IMG/VR virus record: IMGVR_UViG_3300037423_001503
Strand: one strand, 5' to 3'
From: a virus
DNA length: 64,000 bases
The position numbers and the translations under genes were made by a program. Shown one piece after another: positions 1-8,044 of this stretch. The notes under the pieces are model-generated. The model had not been told where the DNA came from. It searched no databases and saw only the letters and a list, made by a program, of their open reading frames with translations. The stretch's first letter is position 1, and every line of letters begins with the position of its first letter.

Positions 1-47
1 ACTCTCGGGTAACAACCGAGCACGTTCTCCGTTTACGCCACAGCGGA
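1..47 (-). tRNA. trnN: tRNA-Asn(GTT), 3' part truncated by window edge
   Basis: Minus strand reads TCCGCTG TGGCGTAAACGGAGAACGTG CTCGG-TTGTTAC-CCGAG; anticodon arm with GTT. Confidence 0.8.
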
Positions 48-52
48 TCGTA

Positions 53-125
53 TTGCAGGCCTAGGATTCGAACCCAGACTTCACGGCTTCAGAGGCCGGC
101 GGGCTGCCAGTTACACCAGCCTGCA
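53..125 (-). tRNA. trnQ: tRNA-Gln(CTG)
   Basis: Acceptor TGCAGGC/GCCTGCA (U1:A72), anticodon loop CTCTGAA, T-loop GGTTCGAATCC; no CCA. Confidence 0.92.
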
Positions 126-131
126 TTAGGA

Positions 132-203
132 ATGCGGGACTCGGGTTCGAACCGAGCCGATGAGCTTCAAAGGCTCACGTGCTGCCAGCTACACCATCCC
201 GCA
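132..203 (-). tRNA. trnQ: tRNA-Gln(TTG)
   Basis: Acceptor TGCGGGA/TCCCGCA, anticodon arm TGAGC-CTTTGAA-GCTCA, T-loop GGTTCGAACCC. Confidence 0.92.
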
Positions 204-218
204 GAGGAAGGAAGAGGA

Positions 219-240
219 ACTCTAGCACACTCTCGTGACA
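219..240 (-). promoter_or_regulatory. Promoter of tRNA cluster 1 (TGTCA-N11-TAGAGT)
   Basis: Same motif precedes the other two tRNA clusters (5742-5763, 11941-11962). Confidence 0.7.
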
Positions 241-243
241 GAC

Positions 244-666
244 GTGGCCGGGCGACTAACCTGCTGCCGCCCGGCCACTGACCGGAGAACCATGACCTAA
301 CCTACTCACCCTCGCCAACTGACCAACGTCGGCAAGCTTGGAGAGCCAGGAGGCGCGCAGGTCAAGCGCATCAACTCCTGGCTCGTTAGAAGCCCTTTCG
401 GGGAGAGGCGAGATTCCACTCGCAACATCACGATCCAGCGTGGGCAGCCTTTCGGCATTAGGAAACCACCTGAATCGCTCCGAGCCCATCGACGGTCTGC
501 CAGGACCAACGCATCGCTGACTCGGAGTGGCTGCTCCTGTCCACCGCTACGACTCCCAGGCTGATGACCCTGTCGTGCAGCTTTTCCCAACGCTTCGATG
601 ACACCTTAGCCCCATGCTGCTAGGGCTTGTTCGGTCACTCTCTGCCGCACTGGCCGGTGCGGCGTT
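244..666 (-). ncRNA. Large ornate structured ncRNA (~420 nt), class unknown
   Basis: No credible ORF; upstream TTGACA...TGCTACAGT promoter (673-703); more than 10 helices, two GAAA tetraloops, long-range helices and possible pseudoknots. Confidence 0.75.
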
Positions 667-699
667 GAAGGAACTGTAGCACACATCACGGGGTACGTG

Positions 700-915
700 T
701 CAAGAAGAAATCTCCGGCCTGCTCTTCTCGGCCAACGTGGGAGCCGAGTCGACCTCTGCTTCCCCACGAAGAAACGCCGTTGCGCCGTAACTCTCGACGC
801 CGTTGTCCCAGCGCACGTAGCACCATCCCTCGTCCGGCTGAAGGTTTCCGGTGTACGGCAGCACAACGCCGCCCCATCCGGTGCTCAGGCTGCGAACGCG
901 CGTCCCAGGCTTCAC
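700..915 (-). CDS. hypothetical protein (small beta-barrel-like)
   Basis: C-terminal part of ORF 700..1233; GTG start overlapping the stop of 912..1115. Confidence 0.45.
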   Translation of the reverse strand: MKPGTRVRSLSTGWGGVVLPYTGNLQPDEGWCYVRWDNGVESYGATAFLRGEAEVDSAPTLAEKSRPEISS

Positions 916-1115
916 GACGACTCCTGTGTCTGGCCCAACGTGTCGATCGGGCGTGCCTCGGCGCGGCGGTCTGCCTGCACCACTTCGATCATCGCCCGGC
1001 AGACCTCGCCGGCCTCCACGATGAGGTCGAGCGCCGTGTACCACAGCGCGCCGTCGAGTTTCTCCATCGCCTGTTCGAGCCGCCACCGAATGTCCGCGAT
1101 GCTCGCGGTCCTCAA
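912..1115 (-). CDS. hypothetical protein
   Basis: ORF with phage-like composition, coupled to the downstream ORF; start uncertain. Confidence 0.45.
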   Translation of the reverse strand: MRTASIADIRWRLEQAMEKLDGALWYTALDLIVEAGEVCRAMIEVVQADRRAEARPIDTLGQTQESS

Positions 1116-1242
1116 TCGGACGGACGCGGCCGTCGCACTGAACGCACGACCACCACTCGGGATCGCCGCGCCACATGAACAGGCCGCGCAACGCGTTCTC
1201 GCACAGACGCCTACTTTGTTCTGAATCTGTCATACCGCAAGC

Positions 1243-2730
1243 ATGGCAGATTTAGACGTTGTCGACAAGGCGGCGGCCTGGTACGCTTCCTCCATGACCA
1301 ACGTACGCGCGGCGGACGCTCTGATGGCGAAGATCTTCGGCGAGGACGCTTGGCGCGTCGGTGGCAGCGTACGCGACGAAGTGCTGGGCCGGACGCCCAA
1401 AGACGGCGACTACGTCGTTCGCTCCCACACGCTCATCGAGATCAAGAACAAGCTGCGCCACGGACTGAACCCTGTCGGGCGTGTCGGCCACGATTTGGCG
1501 ATCACCAAGCTCGAACTCCGCACCGGCCAGCACGCCGGGTGGCGGGTCGGCGCGCCGTGGAATATCGAGATCATGATGCCGCGCGGCGAGCAGAAGGTCG
1601 CGAGCGACGAGGGCAACGAGCGGCACAAGTTCATCATCACGCTCGACCCCGACATGCCTCTGGAGGTCGACGCCCTGCGGCGCGACTTCACCATGAACGC
1701 CCTGTATCGGAACGTCGTCACCGGAGAGATTCACGACCCTCTGGGCGGTGTCGCAGCGATCGAGGACCGCGAGATCACGACGACCCATCCGTCGTCGTTC
1801 CGCGACGACCCTCTGCGTACACTGCGCGCTCTGCGCTTCGTGTCGCAGCTTGGCTTCGATCTCGACGATGACACGTACGGGCAGATGTTCGTGCACGCCA
1901 AGGCCGTCAATGGCGGGCTCACCGACAAGGGCGTCTCTGGGACCGCGTTCGATGAACTCTGCAAGATCCTTATGGGCCGGCATGTCGCGAAGGCGCTGCG
2001 GCTGGCGAGGGACTCGCGAGTTCTGGAGTCGCTGCTGCCGGAGCTTGCCCCCATGCTGGGTCACGATCCGCAGAACTCACACCACGCGTTCTCAACCGAC
2101 GAGCACACGTTCGTCGCGCTCGACGCGGCGGCCGGTTTTGGGCTGCCTCTGCGTGTACGGCTCGCGCTGCTCTTCCACGACGCCGGTAAGCCGCTCGTCG
2201 AATGGGTCGGAAAGGACGGTATGAAGCACTACTTCGAGTCCAAGGATCAGCCAGGATCGATCGATCACCAGGAAGCGTCGGCGGGGTTGTGGCTTGCCGT
2301 CGCGGAGCGCCTGAACGTACCGCGTTCACTGCGGCGCGATGTCGAGACGCTGATCCGCCGCCACATGGTGCCGCTGACGCTGCGCCTGAAGCCGGCGAAG
2401 GTGCGCAAGTGGCGATGCGAGCTTGGCGACGACCTGCTCGCAGATCTGCTGCGGCACCGGCTCTGCGACGTCATGGCCAAGGGCGTCATCGACTACGAGG
2501 CCATGCGTGCCGTCAACCGCATGGAGGGGATTCGCGAGGACGCCGTCCGCGATGGGGTGCCTGTGACGGTGCGCGACCTCCCCGTCTCGGGCGGTGACAT
2601 CGCAGCCATGGGGGTCAGCGGTCCTCGGATCGGTGAGATTCAGCGGCAGCTTCTTCACGAGGCGGTGTCACAGCCATCGAACAACACACGTGAGCGGCTG
2701 TATATGCGCGCACTGAAGCTGGCGGCTTGA
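1243..2730 (+). CDS. cca: CCA-adding enzyme / tRNA nucleotidyltransferase with HD domain
   Basis: VGGSVRD...KDGDY nucleotidyltransferase motif, DALRRDFTMNAL, DDPLRTLRALRF, LLFHDAGKP (HD). Confidence 0.93.
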   Translation: MADLDVVDKAAAWYASSMTNVRAADALMAKIFGEDAWRVGGSVRDEVLGRTPKDGDYVVRSHTLIEIKNKLRHGLNPVGRVGHDLAITKLELRTGQHAGWRVGAPWNIEIMMPRGEQKVASDEGNERHKFIITLDPDMPLEVDALRRDFTMNALYRNVVTGEIHDPLGGVAAIEDREITTTHPSSFRDDPLRTLRALRFVSQLGFDLDDDTYGQMFVHAKAVNGGLTDKGVSGTAFDELCKILMGRHVAKALRLARDSRVLESLLPELAPMLGHDPQNSHHAFSTDEHTFVALDAAAGFGLPLRVRLALLFHDAGKPLVEWVGKDGMKHYFESKDQPGSIDHQEASAGLWLAVAERLNVPRSLRRDVETLIRRHMVPLTLRLKPAKVRKWRCELGDDLLADLLRHRLCDVMAKGVIDYEAMRAVNRMEGIREDAVRDGVPVTVRDLPVSGGDIAAMGVSGPRIGEIQRQLLHEAVSQPSNNTRERLYMRALKLAA

Positions 2731-3104
2731 CGCCGGCCGGCGGCTTCGGTAGTGTTCCCGACATGGCCACCAAGCAGATCCTTATCGCCGCCCGCGCGCT
2801 GCTCGTGGCGCGCGGACGACATGCCAAGCGTACGTACTTCGACCACAAGACCGGCTGTTTTTGCTCAACCGGAGCAATTGGGCGCGCCGCCGGGCTCGAC
2901 TTCTCTGAGTTGTTTTCGGACATGATCCTTAGGCGCGGCGCAGACGCCCTGACCGCGTTGTGGTCCGCGCTGCCGGACGAGTACAAGCGGAAGAACGATA
3001 CTCCGTCCGATTGGTTCAGGTGGGAGGACATCATCTACTTCAACGATCACAACGACTTCGACGTCGTCATCACGGCATTCGACCGCGCCATCGAGAGCTT
3101 CTAA
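2727..3104 (+). CDS. hypothetical phage protein (probable start ATG 2763)
   Basis: CFCSTGAI...YFNDH pattern typical of small actinophage proteins. Confidence 0.7.
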   Translation: MTPAGGFGSVPDMATKQILIAARALLVARGRHAKRTYFDHKTGCFCSTGAIGRAAGLDFSELFSDMILRRGADALTALWSALPDEYKRKNDTPSDWFRWEDIIYFNDHNDFDVVITAFDRAIESF

Positions 3105-3140
3105 GCCTTCGACATCATCGTCTATACGAAAGGTTATCCA

Positions 3141-3812
3141 CTGCCTGCTACGTATACCGGCCTTGTCTACGGACAACGGCCCATCAACTTCGGTGTCTGG
3201 CCGCTGCCCTGGACAGAGTACATGCACTACCTGTACCTGCCGGTCGTGATGCCTGGGCATCGCGGCGTGCGCCTGCCTGATCGGTTGCAGTTTCTGCGCC
3301 CGATTGTCGACCTGGTGTGCGCGCAGGAAGACATCGCTGTTGGGCAGCCTGACTGCCATGTCTACGTGACCGCGAGGCGGGGCTGGGCGTCTCCCGACAA
3401 TCCGCTCAACCGACCCGGTTGGCACTCAGACGGCTTCGGAACCAACGACGTCAACTACATCTGGACCGATTGCTTTCCGACACGCTTCGCGATCCAAGAG
3501 TTCGTCGGCATCAGCGACAACCACGTCGACTCTCTGCGCCAGTTCGAGGAGCAGATCGACGAGGACTCGATCGTCGTATACCCAGATTGCTCGTTGCTGC
3601 GTCTCGATCCCGAGGTCATCCACGCCACGCCGGTGGTTCCGCCGCCAGGAGGCGAGCGCAGCTTCTTCAAGATCAGCGTCTCATCAGAGCGCTACAACTT
3701 GGCCGGCAACAGCCATAACTACCTCTTCGACTACGAGTGGCGGATGTGGTCGCGATCTGAGATTCGCAATGACCCCAACTACGCTGACGGCTACGCCGGC
3801 CCGCAGTCATGA
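3141..3812 (+). CDS. putative 2OG-Fe(II)/cupin-type oxygenase-like phage protein
   Basis: RPGWHSDGFG (HxD) plus distal H (VIHAT) and R (ERSF); probable CTG start at 3141 (track start 3222). Confidence 0.6.
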   Translation: MPATYTGLVYGQRPINFGVWPLPWTEYMHYLYLPVVMPGHRGVRLPDRLQFLRPIVDLVCAQEDIAVGQPDCHVYVTARRGWASPDNPLNRPGWHSDGFGTNDVNYIWTDCFPTRFAIQEFVGISDNHVDSLRQFEEQIDEDSIVVYPDCSLLRLDPEVIHATPVVPPPGGERSFFKISVSSERYNLAGNSHNYLFDYEWRMWSRSEIRNDPNYADGYAGPQS

Positions 3813-3988
3813 TCGACGCAGACTTTGAGGGCGAGCGACTTCTCATCGATCTTCTCGAACGCTACGAGTCCGACGCCGACCGTCAGTTGCTGGAAGAGGA
3901 CTACGAGAGCGTCATCATGGCGTGCGCATTCGAGGCCGCCAGTCTCGTCGAGAGCGTCTACAGCGAACTAGCAAAGCTTCCCACATGA
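3809..3988 (+). CDS. small acidic hypothetical protein
   Basis: ATGA overlaps at both ends; MIDADFEGERLL... Confidence 0.55.
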   Translation: MIDADFEGERLLIDLLERYESDADRQLLEEDYESVIMACAFEAASLVESVYSELAKLPT

Positions 3989-4173
3989 GCGACGACCTAA
4001 GGAAGTTCGTCGAGGTCATGGGAGGCGTCCGTTGTATCTGCGGGCACCTACGGAGGCGGCACCGCAGGCCCGACCCGAACTTCAAGATCGGCGCACTGGT
4101 CGAGAAGTGCGGCGAGTGTTGGGACTGCGAATGCAAGGGCGAGGTAGGACTTCCCGACGGAGGCGAGGTATGA
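3985..4173 (+). CDS. small Cys-rich hypothetical protein
   Basis: CICGH...CGECWDCEC; ATGA coupling. Confidence 0.55.
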   Translation: MSDDLRKFVEVMGGVRCICGHLRRRHRRPDPNFKIGALVEKCGECWDCECKGEVGLPDGGEV

Positions 4174-4454
4174 CGGCCTGGGAGTTCTGGACCTGCGATT
4201 GGTGCAACCAGGATCACCATAGCCGTGAGCCACTCTACGAGGATCTAGCAGACGATGAGGGCTGGATTCAAGTTGATAAACACGTGATGAAGGACAACGG
4301 CAGCGGAGCGCTCTGGTCTTCTCATGTTGATGAGCACTTTTGCGGAGAATGTCTCACCGATCCGGAACTGCTCGAATATATCTACCGCGAGCAATTTAGG
4401 CCTGTCTATGGACGGGACGAAGATCGCCTCAACGCGGCGAGGGCGGCGCTGTGA
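4170..4454 (+). CDS. hypothetical Zn-binding protein
   Basis: TCDWC...HFCGEC; ATGA coupling. Confidence 0.6.
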   Translation: MTAWEFWTCDWCNQDHHSREPLYEDLADDEGWIQVDKHVMKDNGSGALWSSHVDEHFCGECLTDPELLEYIYREQFRPVYGRDEDRLNAARAAL

Positions 4455-4732
4455 GTGTCGGCGACAACCTCGCCCGCTGGAAGGCGTTGCCGACCGGCGC
4501 GACGTGGCGCGTCTTCAGTGAGCGCTGGGGAACTGTGGACTCGGTCCATGTAGACCATCGCGACGCTCAGAGGCGCGCCGACGAACTCAATCAAGAGGAG
4601 GCGCTGAAGCAAGCTCACGGGGAACTGTGATAGGCTTCCGCGCTCAATCCACAACAAAGGAGGTCATCCACCGGCCTAGGCCGGACCGCTGAGGAAGCGT
4701 AAGGGTCCGGAGAGTAGGCCGAGGGAGATGTT

Positions 4733-5131
4733 ATGCGGAGTACGATCTTGGGGCTCTTGGCCGCCCTCTCACTGGGAGGCCACTCGGCCTCTGCTCAGGA
4801 CAACAAGTCCTGCCACACCAAGTCTTGTAGGCTGCGTGTGGAGATGAAGTTCTATAAGAAGCACCCGATGCCGTGGTGCACGTGGGGACCTGAAAGTCCC
4901 GGACATCCTGAGTGGTCGCCGGCCAGGTACAGGGTTTGGAACACTGGAAGCTCGTCACCTGATAGAGCGAGCGGTAAGTTCCAGATCACAGGGCCAACGT
5001 GGCGCGCCTACGGAGGTCAGCGTATCTCAGGTCGCCGACACGCGGCGGAAGCTGCTCCGGTCTATCAGGAGCGAATCGCGCGCCGCATCGCACGAGCGCG
5101 ACCATCGCTCACAGACTGGGTAAATTGCTAG
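4733..5131 (+). CDS. secreted Rpf-like / lysozyme-fold transglycosylase
   Basis: Signal peptide; ES catalytic motif, SGKFQI..TWRAYGG, Q.RIARR, W..C ending as in the resuscitation-promoting-factor domain. Confidence 0.75.
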   Translation: MRSTILGLLAALSLGGHSASAQDNKSCHTKSCRLRVEMKFYKKHPMPWCTWGPESPGHPEWSPARYRVWNTGSSSPDRASGKFQITGPTWRAYGGQRISGRRHAAEAAPVYQERIARRIARARPSLTDWVNC

Positions 5132-5167
5132 AACGACGAAAGGCCGCCCGAGGGCGGCCTTCGTTGT
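5132..5167. terminator. bidirectional intrinsic terminator
   Basis: AAGGCCGCCC-GA-GGGCGGCCTT hairpin between convergent units. Confidence 0.8.
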
Positions 5168-5168
5168 A

Positions 5169-5253
5169 CGGAGAGACGGAGATTCGAACTCCGGTAGGTT
5201 TTACCCTTACGCGCTTTCCAGGCGCGCCCATTAGACCACTCTGGCACCTCTCC
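5169..5253 (-). tRNA. trnS: tRNA-Ser(GGA)
   Basis: CGCGC-CTGGAAA-GCGCG, long variable arm, G discriminator. Confidence 0.93.
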
Positions 5254-5258
5254 TCGGA

Positions 5259-5329
5259 AGTCTCGGAGCGGAATCGAACCGCTGTGTGCGGGGTTGCAGC
5301 CCGCCGCCTAGCCACTCGGCCACCGAGAC
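5259..5329 (-). tRNA. trnC: tRNA-Cys(GCA)
   Basis: Anticodon loop CTGCAAC, U discriminator. Confidence 0.92.
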
Positions 5330-5334
5330 GTGAG

Positions 5335-5420
5335 CGGAGAGACAGGGATTCGAACCCTGGAGGCTTGACACCTACTCGGCTAGCAACCGAGCGCATTCAA
5401 CCGGACTCTGCCACCTCTCC
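5335..5420 (-). tRNA. trnS: tRNA-Ser(GCT)
   Basis: CTCGG-TTGCTAG-CCGAG, long variable arm. Confidence 0.93.
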
Positions 5421-5425
5421 TGGAG

Positions 5426-5508
5426 CGGAAGCAGAGGGATTCGAACCCCCGACGGTTTTACCCGCAGCCGCTTTCAAGGCGGTGTCCTCGACCAACCGGA
5501 CTACTTCC
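5426..5508 (-). tRNA. trnS: tRNA-Ser(TGA)
   Basis: CCGC-CTTGAAA-GCGG, long variable arm. Confidence 0.92.
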
Positions 5509-5513
5509 GTGAG

Positions 5514-5600
5514 CGGATGGTAGAGGATTCGAACCTCTGAGGGTGTTACCCCTACTCGCTTTCGAGGCGAGCGCATTCAACCGGGCTCTGCCAACCATCC
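5514..5600 (-). tRNA. trnS: tRNA-Ser(CGA)
   Basis: CTCGC-CTCGAAA-GCGAG, long variable arm. Confidence 0.93.
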
Positions 5601-5605
5601 GAGAG

Positions 5606-5691
5606 TGCAGGGAGAGGGATTCGAACCCCCGTAGGCAATCAATACCGCCTGGTTTACAGCCAGGTACCTTTGTCCGCTCAGTCACCCCTGC
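5606..5691 (-). tRNA. trnY: tRNA-Tyr(GTA)
   Basis: CCTGG-CTGTAAA-CCAGG, long variable arm. Confidence 0.92.
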
Positions 5692-5741
5692 GTGTCGGGA
5701 CATAGCCGCGCCGTCTCAGCCGCGGTCAGCCCCGTCCGAGA

Positions 5742-5763
5742 ACTCTAGCAGATCTACGCGACA
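5742..5763 (-). promoter_or_regulatory. Promoter of tRNA cluster 2 (TGTCG-N11-TAGAGT)
   Basis: Shares AGATCTGCTAGAGTT with the cluster 3 promoter. Confidence 0.7.
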
Positions 5764-6284
5764 AGCGCGCAGACAACGGCTTCTGGCTCGATGACCTCGG
5801 CCTCGTGGGTGACCAGATGCGGTGTAGCACGAGCCTCGGCCTCCTCACGGGCGACGCGCTCCGCCATCTGGGCCGGCGTCTCCGGAATCGGCCAGTTGCC
5901 GTCCTTGTCCTTGTACGCTGAGAGATCTTCACCTAGCTGCTCAAGCATGAAGAACAGTAGCGGCGTGTGAGCCTTCTTCTGGTTGCAGTCGAAGCATGCC
6001 CCGGCGCGGTTCGTCCATGATCCCTTTGAGCCACCTAGCGCCTTTGGCTGGACGTGATCGACAGTCGTTCCGCGCAAGCATTCGCAGTACGCGCATGGAT
6101 CACGTCTGATGATGTGGTCCCATACTGCGCGCGACGCGTGAGGACGCTTGGGTAGTCCCCCGAGGCGCGCGCCGGCTGGAACGCGGGCGTGGATTAGCTC
6201 ATCACCGCAGGCAGGGCAGGACTTACCGCGAAGTTCGGCGGTGAAGTAGACCCGGCATGAAGCGCAGTAGATGGCTTGTGCCAC
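5754..6284 (-). CDS. HNH endonuclease with N-terminal Zn ribbon
   Basis: CAYC...TTVDHVQPKALGG...N...CFDCNQKK. Confidence 0.88.
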   Translation of the reverse strand: MAQAIYCASCRVYFTAELRGKSCPACGDELIHARVPAGARLGGLPKRPHASRAVWDHIIRRDPCAYCECLRGTTVDHVQPKALGGSKGSWTNRAGACFDCNQKKAHTPLLFFMLEQLGEDLSAYKDKDGNWPIPETPAQMAERVAREEAEARATPHLVTHEAEVIEPEAVVCALVA

Positions 6285-6296
6285 CTACGCAGTCTA

Positions 6297-6638
6297 TCAG
6301 CCCAGGTCGTCTACTACCTTGACCGTCAGATAGCTGTCCGCTGGGAAGGTCTGCCGCTTGCCCGACGTCCACGTGACCTCGATCTCGACGTTGTAGGTTC
6401 CGGAGAGGTTGGTGTCTCCAGAAATCCACGAGTACGAGACGATTCCATTCGGACCGTCATCAACGGTTGCCGCGGAGGCGACCTTAGCCGTAGTGGCCGC
6501 GTTAGCAGACATCAAGAACTTGACACTCGTGATGGTCGACAGATCGACCGGCGTCGTAGTGTTGGTCTCGGGGTCAGTCTGAAGAAGCTGAGCGCGATAA
6601 ACCGGAAGGAGGTCGTTTCTCTTGATGATGAAGGCCAT
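6297..6638 (-). CDS. BppU N-terminal-like virion/baseplate protein
   Basis: FIIKRNDLLP...GIVSYSW..GDT..G.Y..EIEVTW..G..QTFP. Confidence 0.7.
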   Translation of the reverse strand: MAFIIKRNDLLPVYRAQLLQTDPETNTTTPVDLSTITSVKFLMSANAATTAKVASAATVDDGPNGIVSYSWISGDTNLSGTYNVEIEVTWTSGKRQTFPADSYLTVKVVDDLG

Positions 6639-6851
6639 TTAGTAGTGCTCCTTCGCGGTGTAAATCAGGCGGCCGTATTCTGCGGCACCGTAGTGCTTTT
6701 GCGTAAACTCGACCGCGGTCGGATTGATTGTTGGGCTATTTTGAGCCTCAACGAAGTTGATGTACTGAACAGCCGTAGGAGACAAGACAGGATTCAGAAT
6801 CGCGTCGATAGGATCGACGTACTCAATGGCCTGATCGAGAGGCGCTCCCAT
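6639..6851 (-). CDS. hypothetical protein (virion module)
   Basis: Abuts both neighbours. Confidence 0.6.
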   Translation of the reverse strand: MGAPLDQAIEYVDPIDAILNPVLSPTAVQYINFVEAQNSPTINPTAVEFTQKHYGAAEYGRLIYTAKEHY

Positions 6852-7189
6852 TAGGCGAGATCACTCACGATCTTGCACTTGAAGAATCCAACCGACGGGA
6901 ATGTCTGCGGTTCGCCGCTCCAAGAGATTTCGATCTCAACGTAGTAGTCGCCTGCCGTGTCTGTGTCGCCGGCAGACCAGTGGTACTCAACTACACCGTT
7001 GGCGCGATCAACGAAGTCGCCCGACGAGTCAACCTTCGGCGTCGTGGCCTTGGTTCCAGTCATGATGAAGCGCACCGACGTTGCGTCGGTAAGATCGACT
7101 GGAACCTGGACTCCGGTCGACGCCTCACTCGACGTCAACTGGACGCGGTATCGCGGCCGAAGATCGTGCCTCTTGATCACGAATGCCAT
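6851..7189 (-). CDS. BppU N-terminal-like virion protein (paralog of 6297..6638)
   Basis: MAFVIKRHDLRP...GVVEYHWSAGDTDTAGDY..EIEISW..QTFP. Confidence 0.7.
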   Translation of the reverse strand: MAFVIKRHDLRPRYRVQLTSSEASTGVQVPVDLTDATSVRFIMTGTKATTPKVDSSGDFVDRANGVVEYHWSAGDTDTAGDYYVEIEISWSGEPQTFPSVGFFKCKIVSDLA

Positions 7190-7219
7190 TGAGTGAAGTG
7201 TACTGGTTGCTCCGAACCG

Positions 7220-8044
7220 CTAAGCGTCGAAAACGATTCCACTCGACAGCGAGTCGAGAATCTTGCCGGATAGCGGTGGCTCAAGATGGACATAAACCTG
7301 TACAGCGCCGCCGGAGACGACCATCGAGATCGCCGCCTCTGTCTCGATCGCTCGTGAGATGGTCTTCACTCGCGGATGCAGAGCGGCTGCGGCGGAATCT
7401 AGCTCCGAGGCCTGAGAGATCGTCCTGCTATGCAGGACAATGACCTGGCCTGCGGTGTCAAGCTCCTGCGCCGTCTGAACAGCGAACGACCCGCCGTGCA
7501 GAATCAACGTGCCGGTGTCGATTTCAGTCGCCGTGGAGACACCTAGGCGCTTGAAATGGCTGACGATTTGGGCGATCTCGCTCTCTGAGGGCTGTCCCAT
7601 CAGGCGCAGCTTTACCGCCCGATCGACGAGGGAAGAGTCAGACTCCGTGGTCTGCAACAAGGCACGAACCTTGGTTCGTCCAAGAACAGACGCGGTGTCT
7701 GACTCGGAGGCCTGAGAGAGTGACACGCGCTTAGTGTGCGTGATCGCCGTCGCGGTGTCTGTCTCGACGGCCTGCCCGGCGACCTTACCAAGTAGCGGAG
7801 TGAGCGCCTGGCCTGAATCGGTCTCAGCGGTCTGACCAATCGAGCGCACCTTGACATGCGCGGCGGTGGTTGCTGTGTCGGTCTCGACGGACTGACCGAG
7901 AGCGCGCGCCCGCGTGTGCGCAACGATCGTCGCTGTGTCGGTTTCGACGGCCTGCCCGACGGACAGGATCTTGATCGATGTTGTAAGAGGTAGTGGGCGG
8001 CGGCGCGTCGGTAGCCGACGTGGGCGGCCTCTAAGAGCGCTCAT
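7220..8044 (-). CDS. repeat-rich virion protein
   Basis: About 10 imperfect ~20-aa repeats of R.LGQ..ETD.A. Confidence 0.7.
   Translation of the reverse strand: MSALRGRPRRLPTRRRPLPLTTSIKILSVGQAVETDTATIVAHTRARALGQSVETDTATTAAHVKVRSIGQTAETDSGQALTPLLGKVAGQAVETDTATAITHTKRVSLSQASESDTASVLGRTKVRALLQTTESDSSLVDRAVKLRLMGQPSESEIAQIVSHFKRLGVSTATEIDTGTLILHGGSFAVQTAQELDTAGQVIVLHSRTISQASELDSAAAALHPRVKTISRAIETEAAISMVVSGGAVQVYVHLEPPLSGKILDSLSSGIVFDA

Noticed and set aside
244-666. tmRNA, RNase P or group I/II intron identity for the large ncRNA
   Set aside because: No TTCRA T-arm with acceptor end, no GAGGAA/ACAGAA P4 elements, no convincing intron core motifs
4640-4730. c-di-AMP (ydaO) riboswitch upstream of the Rpf-like gene
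   Set aside because: Too short and lacks the GCUGAA / GGGGUGAAU / CAGCUAA consensus blocks
4999-5794. ORFs overlapping tRNA cluster 2 (and similarly 10826-12141)
   Set aside because: Spurious frames across tRNA genes
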